Shown piece by piece: positions 1 to 9,921 of a stretch of DNA of 48,157 nt (its first letter is position 1; each line of letters opens with the position of its first letter). The notes beneath the pieces were generated by a model, which saw only the letters and a program-made list of their open reading frames with translations, did not search any database and had not been told where the DNA came from. This DNA comes from Bacteroidales bacterium (GTDB taxonomy: Bacteria > Bacteroidota > Bacteroidia > Bacteroidales > CAIWKO01), in NCBI GenBank assembly GCA_035389045.1, contig DAOORA010000030.1, positions 1 through 48,157 on the forward strand. Direction: 5' to 3'. The translations under genes were made by a program, and so were the position numbers.

Positions 1-114
1 ACTTATACACAGTACTTTGCTTCATTTTGTTGATAACTTTCTTGCGGATTTAAGGGTGTGCAAGATACATAATAATTCATAATTAAAACTAACATGCATT
101 GTGAAAAAAAAGAA

Positions 115-122
115 TAAATTTG
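115..122 (+). promoter_or_regulatory. Bacteroidota -7 promoter element (TAAATTTG) upstream of ACP
   Basis: Exact TAnnTTTG match about 32 nt before the ATG at 155. Confidence 0.65.
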
Positions 123-154
123 CACGATAAAAGAACCTGGCTAAAATCATTTTT

Positions 155-430
155 ATGGAAGTGACCGAAGATTTGAAATTACAGATCAAGCAAATGATAG
201 TTGAGACATTGAAAATCAACGATGTAAATCCTGCTGACATACTCAACAACCAACCACTTTTTTCAGGAGAAAATATTATTACCCTGGATTCCATTGACGG
301 TATCGAGCTGATTATGGCAATACAGCGTGAGTTTGGCGTCAGGCTTGACGACCAGAATCTGGCCCGGAACATATTGAATACGGTGGACAGCATGGCCGAT
401 TTTATTGCCAACGGATCAACACAACCGTAA
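155..430 (+). CDS. Acyl carrier protein (aryl-polyene/flexirubin-cluster-like ACP)
   Basis: 91 aa, acidic; LDSIDGIELIMAIQREFGV carries the phosphopantetheine Ser motif, preceded by the PLF motif. Confidence 0.9.
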   Translation: MEVTEDLKLQIKQMIVETLKINDVNPADILNNQPLFSGENIITLDSIDGIELIMAIQREFGVRLDDQNLARNILNTVDSMADFIANGSTQP

Positions 431-485
431 TTTTTTTTATACGCAAGCTGCAGTTTGTTTTTTTGTTATGCAATCCCCAATACAT

Positions 486-1787
486 ATGGATTTCAATAAA
501 ATACCCGCCATAGAGCGCAAATCTCCAGGTGAAATCATTAAATTTCAGGAAAAGCAACTACGTGCCGGGTTATCCTATCTTCAGACGTATTCTAAATTTT
601 ACAAAAGGTTTTTCAAAAAAAACAGCATTGACATCCGGAAGATAAGATCATTAACTGATCTTCAGCATATTCCTGTTACAACCAAACAAGATCTTCAGCG
701 GTATAACGATGATTTTATCTGTGTTCCGCAAAGCAGGGTCATAGATTATATGACGACCTCGGGAACGCTGGGTTATCCGATCACCCTTGCGGCTACAGAG
801 CTCGATCTGGAAAGGATTGCCTACGATGAGGCATTGAATTTTGCTTGTACAGGAGCTACCCGTAAAGATATCTTTCAGTTAATGACCACGCTCGACAGGC
901 GGTTTATGGCCGGACTTGCATATTTCATGGGTTTACGCAGGCTGGGTGCGGGTATTGTAAGGGTTGGTTCCGGGATGCCTGAACTTCATTGGGAAACCAT
1001 TCAGCGTTTTAAGCCGACCTATATAGTAACTGTTCCTTCGTTCATTCTTAAACTCGTTGATTTTGCTGATGCCAACGGTATTGATTATAAAAAATCCTCA
1101 GTAAAAAATGCTGTTTGCATTGGAGAACCTCTTCGTAATCCAGATTTTTCGTTAAACACCCTGGGTGCCCGCATCAGCAAAAAATGGCCGCTGCATTTGT
1201 TTTCGACCTACGCCTCAACCGAGATGGGAGCAGGGTTTACCGAATGTGCATTCGGTATCGGGGTACATATGCACCCCGAACTCATGATTATTGAATTTTT
1301 GGATGAAAATGATTCCCCAGTGAAGGAGGGAGAAGCGGGTGAAATTACCATTACTACGTTGGGTGTGGAAGGTATGCCGCTCTTACGCTATAAATCCGGT
1401 GATGTGTGTTTTCATCATACTGAGCCATGTTCCTGCGGAAGAAACACTGTTCGTCTCGGGCCTGTCATAGGCAGAAAACAACATATGATAAAATACAAGG
1501 GAACAACATTATATCCGGCATCTTTATATAATATACTCGATGGTTTCGATGCTATTGAAAATTATGTGGTGAAAGTTTCAACCAATGAAATAGATACAGA
1601 CAAAATATGTATATATATCAGTTGCCGGAATGTTGAAAACGGATTTGAAAATAAGTTAAAAGAACGATTCAGGGCAAAATTGCGCGTGGTTCCGGAAATA
1701 ATTTTTCAACCCGCCGAAGTTATTGCCTGTATGGCTTTTCCGCCTTTAAGCCGAAAGCCGGTGAAGTTTATTGACGAACGTCAGTAA
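486..1787 (+). CDS. Phenylacetate-CoA ligase family (PaaK-like) adenylate-forming enzyme
   Basis: TTSGTLG P-loop, YASTEMG, GEITITTL..EGMPLLRYKSGD, CSCGR, IGRK..MIKYKGT. Start set to ATG 486 (468 possible) because the track start overlaps the ACP. Confidence 0.88.
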   Translation: MDFNKIPAIERKSPGEIIKFQEKQLRAGLSYLQTYSKFYKRFFKKNSIDIRKIRSLTDLQHIPVTTKQDLQRYNDDFICVPQSRVIDYMTTSGTLGYPITLAATELDLERIAYDEALNFACTGATRKDIFQLMTTLDRRFMAGLAYFMGLRRLGAGIVRVGSGMPELHWETIQRFKPTYIVTVPSFILKLVDFADANGIDYKKSSVKNAVCIGEPLRNPDFSLNTLGARISKKWPLHLFSTYASTEMGAGFTECAFGIGVHMHPELMIIEFLDENDSPVKEGEAGEITITTLGVEGMPLLRYKSGDVCFHHTEPCSCGRNTVRLGPVIGRKQHMIKYKGTTLYPASLYNILDGFDAIENYVVKVSTNEIDTDKICIYISCRNVENGFENKLKERFRAKLRVVPEIIFQPAEVIACMAFPPLSRKPVKFIDERQ

Positions 1788-1860
1788 AAATCCGGAAATT
1801 TACGCTGATCATAAGTTAATAGAGTATCTTTATAGCTAATTAATTGATTTAACTTACTTT

Positions 1861-2718
1861 ATGAGCGATTCTGAGCCTGTGTCACGCGGAAAATTTATCG
1901 AGATTGAAAAAGTAATAGGAAAAAAGAATCCGGCATTGCTTAACATCCTGCCGCGGTTTATCATCCGTTATATTAAGCACATCGTACATCAGGATGAGAT
2001 CAATGATTTTATTGAACGCAACGGACATTTATACGGTCTTGATTTTGTTGGTTGTATTGTCCGTGAATATATCAGGGAACTTCATACCAAAGGTATCGAA
2101 AATATCCCGGCGGACCGCAGGATTCTGATTGCTTCAAATCATCCCCTGGGCGGTCTCGACGGAGTAGCGCTTATGCATGTGGCCGGAAAAATACGGCCGG
2201 ATATTCTTTTTCCTGTTAACGATCTGCTCATGAATATCGAAAATATCCGAAGCCTTTTTATACCGATCAACAAACACGGCAGCAATGCCCAGAACCTGAA
2301 AATTATTAACGAAACCTTTGCCTCTGAAGTCAGCATACTATACTTTCCCGCAGGTTTATGTTCCCGCAAGCATAAGCATGGCATTATTGAAGACCTCGAA
2401 TGGAAAAAAACCTTTATCACTTATGCCCGCAAGTATCGTCGGGATATTATCCCTACATTTATCGACGGCCGTAATTCGAATTTTTTCTATAATTTAGCAC
2501 TGGTCAGGAAAAAGTTAAGGATCAAACAAAATATTGAGATGCTTTATCTTGTTGATGAATTGTATAAGCAAAAAAATAAAACCATCAATATTACTTTTGG
2601 GAGACCTATTCCTTATGAAACTTTTGATAAAAAATTTTCTGATCTGCAATGGGCTCAAAAAGTTAAAGAACATGTGTATCAACTGCGTTCGGATTATCAA
2701 GCCGAATTTATTATATAA
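1861..2718 (+). CDS. glsA: LPLAT-family O-acyltransferase, glycine-lipid GlsA/OlsA-like
   Basis: NHPLGGLDG (HX4D) and YFPAG motifs; directly upstream of the GlsB-like N-acyltransferase as in Bacteroides. Confidence 0.78.
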   Translation: MSDSEPVSRGKFIEIEKVIGKKNPALLNILPRFIIRYIKHIVHQDEINDFIERNGHLYGLDFVGCIVREYIRELHTKGIENIPADRRILIASNHPLGGLDGVALMHVAGKIRPDILFPVNDLLMNIENIRSLFIPINKHGSNAQNLKIINETFASEVSILYFPAGLCSRKHKHGIIEDLEWKKTFITYARKYRRDIIPTFIDGRNSNFFYNLALVRKKLRIKQNIEMLYLVDELYKQKNKTINITFGRPIPYETFDKKFSDLQWAQKVKEHVYQLRSDYQAEFII

Positions 2719-2721
2719 GCT

Positions 2722-3651
2722 ATGGAAAAAATAATCCCTCCGGTAAAAAAAGCTATACTTGAAAAAGAACTCTCTGATCAGTTTTTTTTCCGGAAAACCA
2801 ATTATGGAAATAACAGGATTTATATTGTTAATGCGCATAATGCACCCAATATAATGACAGAAATCGGCCGTCTGCGTGAAATAACTTTTCGTGATGCAGG
2901 GGGTGGAACAGGAAAATCGGTGGATATTGACGAATATGATACCTGCGAAAGCCCTTATGAGCAGCTGATCGTGTGGAATCCTGCCGATATGGAAATCGTC
3001 GGCGGTTACCGGTATATTAACTGTTCCAAAGCCTTGCGTTCTCCTGACGGGCTTCCTTTTATCGCTACTACTGAGCTTTTCAGTTTTTCTGAACGTTTCA
3101 TAAAAGAATATTTGCCGTTTACTATTGAATTGGGCCGGTCTTTTGTTCAGCCCGTTTATCAGCCAACAGTGAACAGCAGAAAAGGAATGTTTTCGCTCGA
3201 AAACCTGTGGGACGGACTGGGGGCATTAATTGTGGAATCGTCTCATATCCGGTATTTTTTCGGGAAAGTGACTATGTATCCTCATTTTAATCAAAGAGCA
3301 CGCGATATCATCATGTATTTTCTTTTTAAGTATTTTCCCGACAAGGATAACCTGGTAAAGCCCATCACTCCTCTTGAGATAAAGGCGGATCTTAAAGATC
3401 TTGAACTGCTGTTCAACGGGGGAAATTACGGCGCGGATTATAAGATGCTGATACAGACGCTACGCGAACTTAATGAAAATATCCCTCCGCTGGTCAAGGC
3501 TTATATGAGTCTGACTGCTACCATGCGAAGTTTCGGGACTGCTATTAATCCCGGCTTCGGAAATGTACAGGAAACAGGGATACTCGTTACCATCGAAGAT
3601 ATCTTTGAAAACAAGAGAGAACGCCACATTTATTCAACCCGGAAAGACTGA
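2722..3651 (+). CDS. glsB: GNAT N-acyl amino acid synthase, GlsB/ChoA/OlsB-like
   Basis: EIGRLREITFRDAGGGTG..DIDEYD, VGGYR, IELGRSFV, LWDGLG and IPPLV.AYM are typical of Bacteroidota glycine-lipid/commendamide synthases. Confidence 0.82.
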   Translation: MEKIIPPVKKAILEKELSDQFFFRKTNYGNNRIYIVNAHNAPNIMTEIGRLREITFRDAGGGTGKSVDIDEYDTCESPYEQLIVWNPADMEIVGGYRYINCSKALRSPDGLPFIATTELFSFSERFIKEYLPFTIELGRSFVQPVYQPTVNSRKGMFSLENLWDGLGALIVESSHIRYFFGKVTMYPHFNQRARDIIMYFLFKYFPDKDNLVKPITPLEIKADLKDLELLFNGGNYGADYKMLIQTLRELNENIPPLVKAYMSLTATMRSFGTAINPGFGNVQETGILVTIEDIFENKRERHIYSTRKD

Positions 3652-3655
3652 AAAA

Positions 3656-4267
3656 ATGCTGATCAGAACCGCCATATACATTTCGAGTTGTGTTGAACTT
3701 AAGAAATGCCCCAAGCCATTGATTCCCGAATATGCTTTTATCGGCAGATCCAATGTGGGAAAATCATCGCTAATAAATATGCTCACCGGTATCGGCGGAC
3801 TGGCAAAAGTTTCGGCAAGTCCCGGCAAAACGCAGGTGATCAATCATTTTCTGATCAACGGCGAATGGTATCTTGTCGATCTGCCCGGATATGGTTTTGC
3901 CCGGATATCAAAAGTAAAGAAAAAGGAATGGGAGATGATGATCTCCGGGTACCTGCTGCGACGGCAGAATCTGATGTCGGTATTTGTCCTGGTGGATATT
4001 CGTGTTCCGGTACAAAAAAATGACCTTGATTTTATCAATAATATGGGCGAATCACAGATTCCTTTTGTAATCCTGATGACGAAATGCGACAAGGTATCCG
4101 GACATGAAGTTAAACTGACCATCAGCAACTGGAAAAAGGCGCTTTCCGAAAGATGGGAAGAATGTCCCCGGATAATTGTTTCTTCCGCCAAAACGGGGGA
4201 TGGCCGTCAGGAAATCCTGAATTATATCAACGTTAGTAATAGAGCTTTTACTGCAACAACCCGCTAA
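3656..4267 (+). CDS. engB: Ribosome biogenesis GTP-binding protein YihA/YsxC
   Basis: GRSNVGKSS (G1), PGKT (G2), DLPGYG (G3), TKCDK (G4); start at ATG 3656 just after the glsB stop. Confidence 0.95.
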   Translation: MLIRTAIYISSCVELKKCPKPLIPEYAFIGRSNVGKSSLINMLTGIGGLAKVSASPGKTQVINHFLINGEWYLVDLPGYGFARISKVKKKEWEMMISGYLLRRQNLMSVFVLVDIRVPVQKNDLDFINNMGESQIPFVILMTKCDKVSGHEVKLTISNWKKALSERWEECPRIIVSSAKTGDGRQEILNYINVSNRAFTATTR

Positions 4268-4324
4268 TAATTCGTGTTTCCGATTGAGGTATTACCTGTG
4301 TCCCCCTGCTTTGTTCCAGACTTT

Positions 4325-5047
4325 TTATGGGTTGGGATTGTCATTGGTATTTTTCCCGGGAGGTGAACCGGGTTTGGGTTTTTCATTCTTTTTTTTTGGT
4401 GTCATCACAAAACCTTTTACGACCTTTTCACTGGTTTTTACAGGTTTTATTTCTTCCGGAACGGATCCTTTTATAAATTTTTTCGTTTCGGCCACAGAGC
4501 CATCGGGGGTGTAGTAAGTCCATTCTCCTTCGCGCAAACCGTATTTGTATTGCCCCTGGGCGCTGAGTTTTCCTTTTGAGCTGTAATAAACCCACAGCCC
4601 TTCTCGTTTGCCGGAGACATACTCACCTTCACTTTTTTTCTCACCGTTCACCGGATAATAAGTAACCCATTTTCCCGATTTACGGTTATTGTCGTACTGC
4701 CCTTCGGAGATTATGATATTTTTCAGATTATACCTTCTGTATTCACCGTCGCGTTTGCCATTGAAATAATTCGATTCCTCGATGATGACTCCTGTTGCGG
4801 TAGCGTGCCTGGTGCTTGGCCCGTGTTTCACATCATTCTGAAAAGTGATCTCCATGAAGAGTGTGCCATCATTGGTATAATACTTCCACAATCCCTGTTT
4901 TCGGCCCAGTTCATCAATTTTGTTCCTGTGTTTATCAGAACGGGGTTGATATTGCGGCCTGATCAGCACCTCTTCCTGTGGAAAAAGCCACGACGGAATA
5001 AACAGTAACAGGAGCGTTGTGTATATTATATTCCTATAATTCAACAA
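4325..5047 (-). CDS. Secreted MORN-variant repeat protein (YwqK-like)
   Basis: Signal peptide; repeated G.Y..GKREG.W.YY units; Lys/Pro-rich tail; TTG start. Confidence 0.8.
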   Translation of the reverse strand: MLNYRNIIYTTLLLLFIPSWLFPQEEVLIRPQYQPRSDKHRNKIDELGRKQGLWKYYTNDGTLFMEITFQNDVKHGPSTRHATATGVIIEESNYFNGKRDGEYRRYNLKNIIISEGQYDNNRKSGKWVTYYPVNGEKKSEGEYVSGKREGLWVYYSSKGKLSAQGQYKYGLREGEWTYYTPDGSVAETKKFIKGSVPEEIKPVKTSEKVVKGFVMTPKKKNEKPKPGSPPGKNTNDNPNP

Positions 5048-5201
5048 TTTGGGTTTAATTTATTGATAATTTAAAGCCAAAAAGAAAGCCATTTTTCTTT
5101 TATACGTAAATTTTAATAAAAGTTATTTTTTTTGAAAAAAAAATCAGCAGGTACGGTTGGAGCGGCACCAAAAGAATTCCTGATAAGCCTTTTCTGTTAA
5201 A

Positions 5202-5762
5202 TTATTTTTTTAAGGGATATTTGTCATCCAGAAAAACCCAGAATAATGGCTTATAGCCAATAATTTCGGCGCTGTCGCCATAATAAGTCATAGCAGGAGC
5301 AATTCCAACGACCTTTTTTTCCATTTTAAAGTTTTTTTCATCAAAATACCATTCTTCCAGGAATGTGATCCGATGTATATATTTACGGTCAAGTTTTGTG
5401 TTTATCACCGTATCATATTCGTTGTACGGAGGGGTTGTACGCGTGAGCATGATCGTGTCTGACCTGTTAAAAACCGCATCTAACTGTGCTTTGTCAAGAG
5501 GAGCATCAGTAATATAATCATACGCTTTAACATTTCCCGTCTCAACCGCGTCAAGAATTATGTTTACAAATTTTTCACGACTGGGGCCTTCCATGTTTTC
5601 GCGCCACCAGTCGGTTTCTTCTTTATAGGGGCTTTTTATGAAAACCGGATATTGTATTCGTTCGGTAAGTATAAGATGGTTTTTATTCTCTTTGTTGTCG
5701 TTGCAGGATTCCGTAATGCCCCAAAAGCATAAGGCTAACACGGATAAAATGAAAGGTTTCAT
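5202..5762 (-). CDS. GldN/PorN-like lipoprotein (short, stand-alone)
   Basis: EEWYFDEK....KVVGIAP and GYKPLFWV resemble the GldN C-terminal motifs; lipobox-like TESC. ATG 5762 preferred because TAAATTTG (5774-5781, minus strand) overlaps the GTG. Confidence 0.6.
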   Translation of the reverse strand: MKPFILSVLALCFWGITESCNDNKENKNHLILTERIQYPVFIKSPYKEETDWWRENMEGPSREKFVNIILDAVETGNVKAYDYITDAPLDKAQLDAVFNRSDTIMLTRTTPPYNEYDTVINTKLDRKYIHRITFLEEWYFDEKNFKMEKKVVGIAPAMTYYGDSAEIIGYKPLFWVFLDDKYPLKK

Positions 5763-5918
5763 GATTTTTTTCACAAATTTAGATATTAAATCAGAAAAAT
5801 CAATGCATCCTGATCAATGTTATTGCCACATTTGCATCCAGTATTCATTTTGGATGAATACTGGGTCGTTTTTGTATTACATAGCGCAGCAGGTTGGGCT
5901 GCTATGAATAATGAAAAA

Positions 5919-7697
5919 TTAAATTTCGTTATTTTCAAAAAGTTTGTTTATGATATCTTTGAATTTCTCATTGATATAACTACGTTTGATTTTCAGTGTC
6001 GGAGTCAATTCACCTGACCAGACCGACCATTCTGAATCCATTATTTCCCAGCGTTTTATCTGTTCGGTTTCTCCGAAAAATGAATTATAATAGGCTATTT
6101 CCTTTTTAAACTTCTTTTTGACTTCAGGATGATTGATCATTTCCGGGTTGGTAGTGTAAACAATACCTTTGTTTTCGCACCAGGATTTCAGGTCGGTGAA
6201 GTCCGGCACGATCAGAGCTGCAGCATATTTCTGGTTTTCACCCAGGACGATCATGGCGTCTATCATAGGCGATTCCGTGAATTTTGCTTCTATCTGGCCC
6301 GGGTTTACATATTTTCCAAAAGAGGTTTTAAAAATTTCATTTTTCCGGCCTGTGATACGCAATTGTCCCTTAGGTTCAAAAACCCCGATGTCGGAGGTAT
6401 GGAACCAGCCATCTTCGTCAATGACTTGTCTTGTCAGTGTTTCGTCTTTATAGTAACCTTTCATCAATCCCGGCCCTTTGCTTAGGATTTCTCCATCATC
6501 CGCAATTTTTACTGCGACACCTCTCAGTGGCTTGCCTACAGTACCGAATTTAACCCCGTCTTTATCCACAAAACTATTGACGGCGATAACAGGAGATGTT
6601 TCAGTGAGCCCGTACCCTTCGTGAATATAGATGCGGGCAGCCCAGAAAATACGTGCCAGGCGGGGTTGCAAAGCAGCTCCTCCGGAAACCACCAGTTTAA
6701 TATTGTTGCCAAAAATTTTTCTCCATTTGCTGAAAACGAGGATATTGGCAATTTGAAGCTGGAACTCATACCACCAGCCGTTGGCCCTGTCAAGTTCATA
6801 ACGCAAGCCCAGATCGATAGCCCAGAAGAACAATTTCTTTTTAAAACCTTTGAGCTTCCGGCCTGTTTTAATGATTCTGTCGTAAATCTTTTCCAGCAGA
6901 CGGGGGACACATGACATGATTGCCGGTTTAACTTCTTTCATGTTGTCAGCAATGGTTCCCAGGTTTTCGGCGTAGTATATTGAAACGCCCAGATACTGAT
7001 ACAGATAGTTCAGCATGCGTTCATATACATGGCATAAGGGCAGAAAACTCAGCGCATTGTCTTCGGGGCCTATTGGGGGTATATATGAAACTGCAATAAA
7101 ATTGCTTATTATATTTGCATGTGTCAGCATCACACCTTTAGGAATGCCTGTGGTTCCCGATGTGTAAATCAGGGTAGCCACATCATCTGTTTTTACAGAA
7201 TCTTTAATGGCTTTAAGCTGGTCTTTGGCCGGATGCTCAAATCCCAGTTTTATAAGTTCGTTAAGGTGTTTAAAGCCATGCAGGTTCTTAAATGTATAGA
7301 TTCCTTTCAGCGAAGTCACTTCGGGAAGTATGTTGGATATCTTTTTAAACAAATCCTCCCCGGCCAGAAAAACGTATTTTATTTCGGCATGGTTAAAGAT
7401 ATACTTGTAATCAGCTTCGCTGATGTTGGGATAGATAGGAACATGTATTGCACCGACCTGCTGTATGCCCATATCCAGGAAATTCCATTCGGGCCTGTTG
7501 TGTGTTATGGTAGCAATGGTATCGCCTTTCTGAACACCGAGGTGCAAAAAAGCATAGCTGATGTAATTAGAAATTTCAACATATTGTTTGGTGCTGTATT
7601 TTATCCATTCTCCTTCTTCTTTCCCCGCCAAAGCATCATTTTTGGGAAACTTCTCCGTATACCTGTCGAGCAGATCAAAAATGCGTGTTATTTCCAT
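5919..7697 (-). CDS. Long-chain fatty acid-CoA ligase
   Basis: IYTSGTTGIPKGVMLTH, SFLPLCHVYER, EGYGLTETSP and GELTPTLKIKR motifs. Confidence 0.93.
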   Translation of the reverse strand: MEITRIFDLLDRYTEKFPKNDALAGKEEGEWIKYSTKQYVEISNYISYAFLHLGVQKGDTIATITHNRPEWNFLDMGIQQVGAIHVPIYPNISEADYKYIFNHAEIKYVFLAGEDLFKKISNILPEVTSLKGIYTFKNLHGFKHLNELIKLGFEHPAKDQLKAIKDSVKTDDVATLIYTSGTTGIPKGVMLTHANIISNFIAVSYIPPIGPEDNALSFLPLCHVYERMLNYLYQYLGVSIYYAENLGTIADNMKEVKPAIMSCVPRLLEKIYDRIIKTGRKLKGFKKKLFFWAIDLGLRYELDRANGWWYEFQLQIANILVFSKWRKIFGNNIKLVVSGGAALQPRLARIFWAARIYIHEGYGLTETSPVIAVNSFVDKDGVKFGTVGKPLRGVAVKIADDGEILSKGPGLMKGYYKDETLTRQVIDEDGWFHTSDIGVFEPKGQLRITGRKNEIFKTSFGKYVNPGQIEAKFTESPMIDAMIVLGENQKYAAALIVPDFTDLKSWCENKGIVYTTNPEMINHPEVKKKFKKEIAYYNSFFGETEQIKRWEIMDSEWSVWSGELTPTLKIKRSYINEKFKDIINKLFENNEI

Positions 7698-7723
7698 AAT
7701 TTAATAATTTATTTAAAAGATGG

Positions 7724-7731
7724 CAAAGATA
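7724..7731 (-). promoter_or_regulatory. -7 promoter element (TATCTTTG) for the acyl-CoA ligase
   Basis: TAnnTTTG on the minus strand 26 nt before the ATG. Confidence 0.6.
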
Positions 7732-7791
7732 AAAAAAAATTAAACAGGCGTTTAAATTTTTTCATACTGCATTTTTCGGGTAAAAAACCGG

Positions 7792-8559
7792 TTATTTGCG
7801 GTTAAAATGTACCGTATTCGCTTGTGCCGTTGGTGTGATAACCATATCGTTGATGTTGACGTGGGGGGGGAGTGTAGCTACAAAAAAGATAATCCGCGCA
7901 ATATCCCTTCCCTTTAAGGGCTGAAAACCATCATATACTTTTTTCGCTGCCTGTTTGTCTCCTTTAAAACGTATGAGTGAAAATTCGGTTTCGGCTGCTC
8001 CCGGGGCTATCTGTGTAACTTTGATGTTGTGATTCAGCAGGTCGATGCGCATAGACCTGGTCAGCGAATCTACCGCAGCTTTGGAAGCACAATATACGTT
8101 ACCGTTCTGATATGCTTCTTTACCTGCAATGGAACCAATATTGATGATGTGTCCCTGCCTGCCGGCAATCATTAGTGGAATGATACATTTTGATACATGG
8201 AGTAACCCTTTCAGATTGGTGTCTATCATTTTATTCCAGTCGTCAATTTCTCCATCCTGTATTGGCGAAAAACCTGATGCCAGCCCTGCATTATTGATCA
8301 GGATGTCTATCTTTTTCCATTTTCCCGAAAGGGTACCCAGGTATTTCTCCGTTTCTTTCCAGTGGCGTACGTCAAAACATAAGGGTAGTATTTCTATGTT
8401 AAAAGCTGTGGAAAGTTCTGCGGCGATCTTTTTCAGACGGTCATTTCTGCGCCCGGTAAGGATCAGATCAAAACCATTTTGTGCAAAGATTTCGGCACAG
8501 GCCCGGCCAATTCCGCTGGTCGCGCCTGTAATTAATACGGTTTTTCTGGTGTTTATCAT
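7792..8559 (-). CDS. SDR oxidoreductase, YdfG/NADP-dependent 3-hydroxy acid dehydrogenase-like
   Basis: TGATSGIG, NNAGLA, YCASK, ETEFS..RF.GD and P.HVNIN motifs. Confidence 0.9.
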   Translation of the reverse strand: MINTRKTVLITGATSGIGRACAEIFAQNGFDLILTGRRNDRLKKIAAELSTAFNIEILPLCFDVRHWKETEKYLGTLSGKWKKIDILINNAGLASGFSPIQDGEIDDWNKMIDTNLKGLLHVSKCIIPLMIAGRQGHIINIGSIAGKEAYQNGNVYCASKAAVDSLTRSMRIDLLNHNIKVTQIAPGAAETEFSLIRFKGDKQAAKKVYDGFQPLKGRDIARIIFFVATLPPHVNINDMVITPTAQANTVHFNRK

Positions 8560-8607
8560 GTTAAATGATGTTATACGGACTACAATATTTTTGATTAAAC
8601 AGGTTTT

Positions 8608-9921
8608 TCAACCGGTTAGTTTTTTCATGACCGGGAACCTTCTAATTAGTTTTTCTGTATCTAACAACATGAACAAAAATATCAACAGAAAAGGCATGGC
8701 AGGAACCTTATAACGGACCATGGCACCGAAAACCGGTGTGGTAAGCCCGGTAAGAACATAAAGTGAAGTAAAAAACAGCATGCAAAAAAGAAATACAGAC
8801 CTATCCTGGATTTTTTTTGAAGCAAAGACGATACATACCAATGCCAGCAGTAAGATGAAAATATTTTCCAGCGCGGCAAATAAAATAACCACCGAACCGG
8901 ATTCAAAAATATACGGTCTTACCAGGGTATTGAAAAAAGCTACCGGCGTATGAACTATAAAATCAGACAGTGTTGGCTCTAAAAGTTCCTCACTGATGAG
9001 GCTTCCGGAGTTCACGGCTTTGGCAAGCCCGACAAAATCATTCTGCTTCATTGCAATGATATTCAGTGCGTTGAACTCGGGAAAGACATGTTGAATGTTA
9101 AGCCCCGTAATGATACATAGTGCAAGTATAAGCCCGTATTTAAGGTATACCTGCCTGTTGGAGGTGAGCCGGCACCACACATAACCTAAAGTGAGTGGAA
9201 TGATGATAATAAAAATATAGTATTTGATGTACAGAAGCAATACCAGTGATATCAGCAACATAATAATATTAATGATACAGCGTCGTCGGTTCAGCAGTTC
9301 ACTTACAGAAAAAAGCATAACACCGATCCCGAACAGTAAAACAGCTTCTTTAAGTACGCCAGAGCCCCAGAAAACAACTGAAGGAATAAGGAACACAGCA
9401 AAGAACAGCAGTTTTTTTTTGTATGGCAGGTAAGCCATAAAAAAACGGTACAGGGCTACCATGCCTGTGAGTGAAATGAAACACATAAAAACCGTGTGAA
9501 CATTGAAATATCCAAAAGAAAAAATCCGGATCACAGCATTGATGCGGATGATCGTATGGCTGTCGTTGTATATATTACTTTCATAAACCCTGAACCAGTT
9601 GTTCATATGGTGGTAATACTGCTGGTCAAAATAAGCTGTATCATTTGATATGCTGAAGATCATTTTAAAAAAATCAAGCGGCCTGCTCCACAATGCTTCA
9701 TACATCACCCTGCTGTCGTCGAAATACTTGAAAATGTCTGCAGTGGACCTGTCAGGATAATAGCGGGTATATATAAAATACATGGTTATACCAGCCAATA
9801 TCTTGAGTACAAAAACACCCGCAATAACTTTGATTGAAAAACCTTCAATACGAAAGAATTTTATCCTGAGGATCAGAATGATAAAAAAACAGGCATATAA
9901 AAGAGTCAGGAGTATTTCCAA
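8608..9921 (-). CDS. Polytopic membrane protein, possibly GT-C/Wzy-like
   Basis: About 11 hydrophobic segments; AD..KYF early loop, PS..FW.SG.LKE and G...RYK.P motifs; TTG start with TATCTTTG at 9945-9952. Confidence 0.6.
   Translation of the reverse strand: MEILLTLLYACFFIILILRIKFFRIEGFSIKVIAGVFVLKILAGITMYFIYTRYYPDRSTADIFKYFDDSRVMYEALWSRPLDFFKMIFSISNDTAYFDQQYYHHMNNWFRVYESNIYNDSHTIIRINAVIRIFSFGYFNVHTVFMCFISLTGMVALYRFFMAYLPYKKKLLFFAVFLIPSVVFWGSGVLKEAVLLFGIGVMLFSVSELLNRRRCIINIIMLLISLVLLLYIKYYIFIIIIPLTLGYVWCRLTSNRQVYLKYGLILALCIITGLNIQHVFPEFNALNIIAMKQNDFVGLAKAVNSGSLISEELLEPTLSDFIVHTPVAFFNTLVRPYIFESGSVVILFAALENIFILLLALVCIVFASKKIQDRSVFLFCMLFFTSLYVLTGLTTPVFGAMVRYKVPAMPFLLIFLFMLLDTEKLIRRFPVMKKLTG

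Noticed and set aside
1..25. Start of a divergent minus-strand gene (MKQSTVYK) running off the window
   Set aside because: Only 8 codons are visible, too little to support a call
2722..3651. Hemolysin annotation
   Set aside because: Legacy label for this family; motifs and the glsA neighbour indicate an N-acyltransferase
4325..5047. Toxin-antitoxin system implied by YwqK similarity
   Set aside because: Generic MORN-variant repeats with a signal peptide, and no adjacent toxin gene
7119..8713. Long antisense ORFs (7119-7805 and 8129-8713 here; likewise 14745-15341 and 21134-21766)
   Set aside because: Shadow frames opposite well-supported conserved genes, with no recognisable motifs
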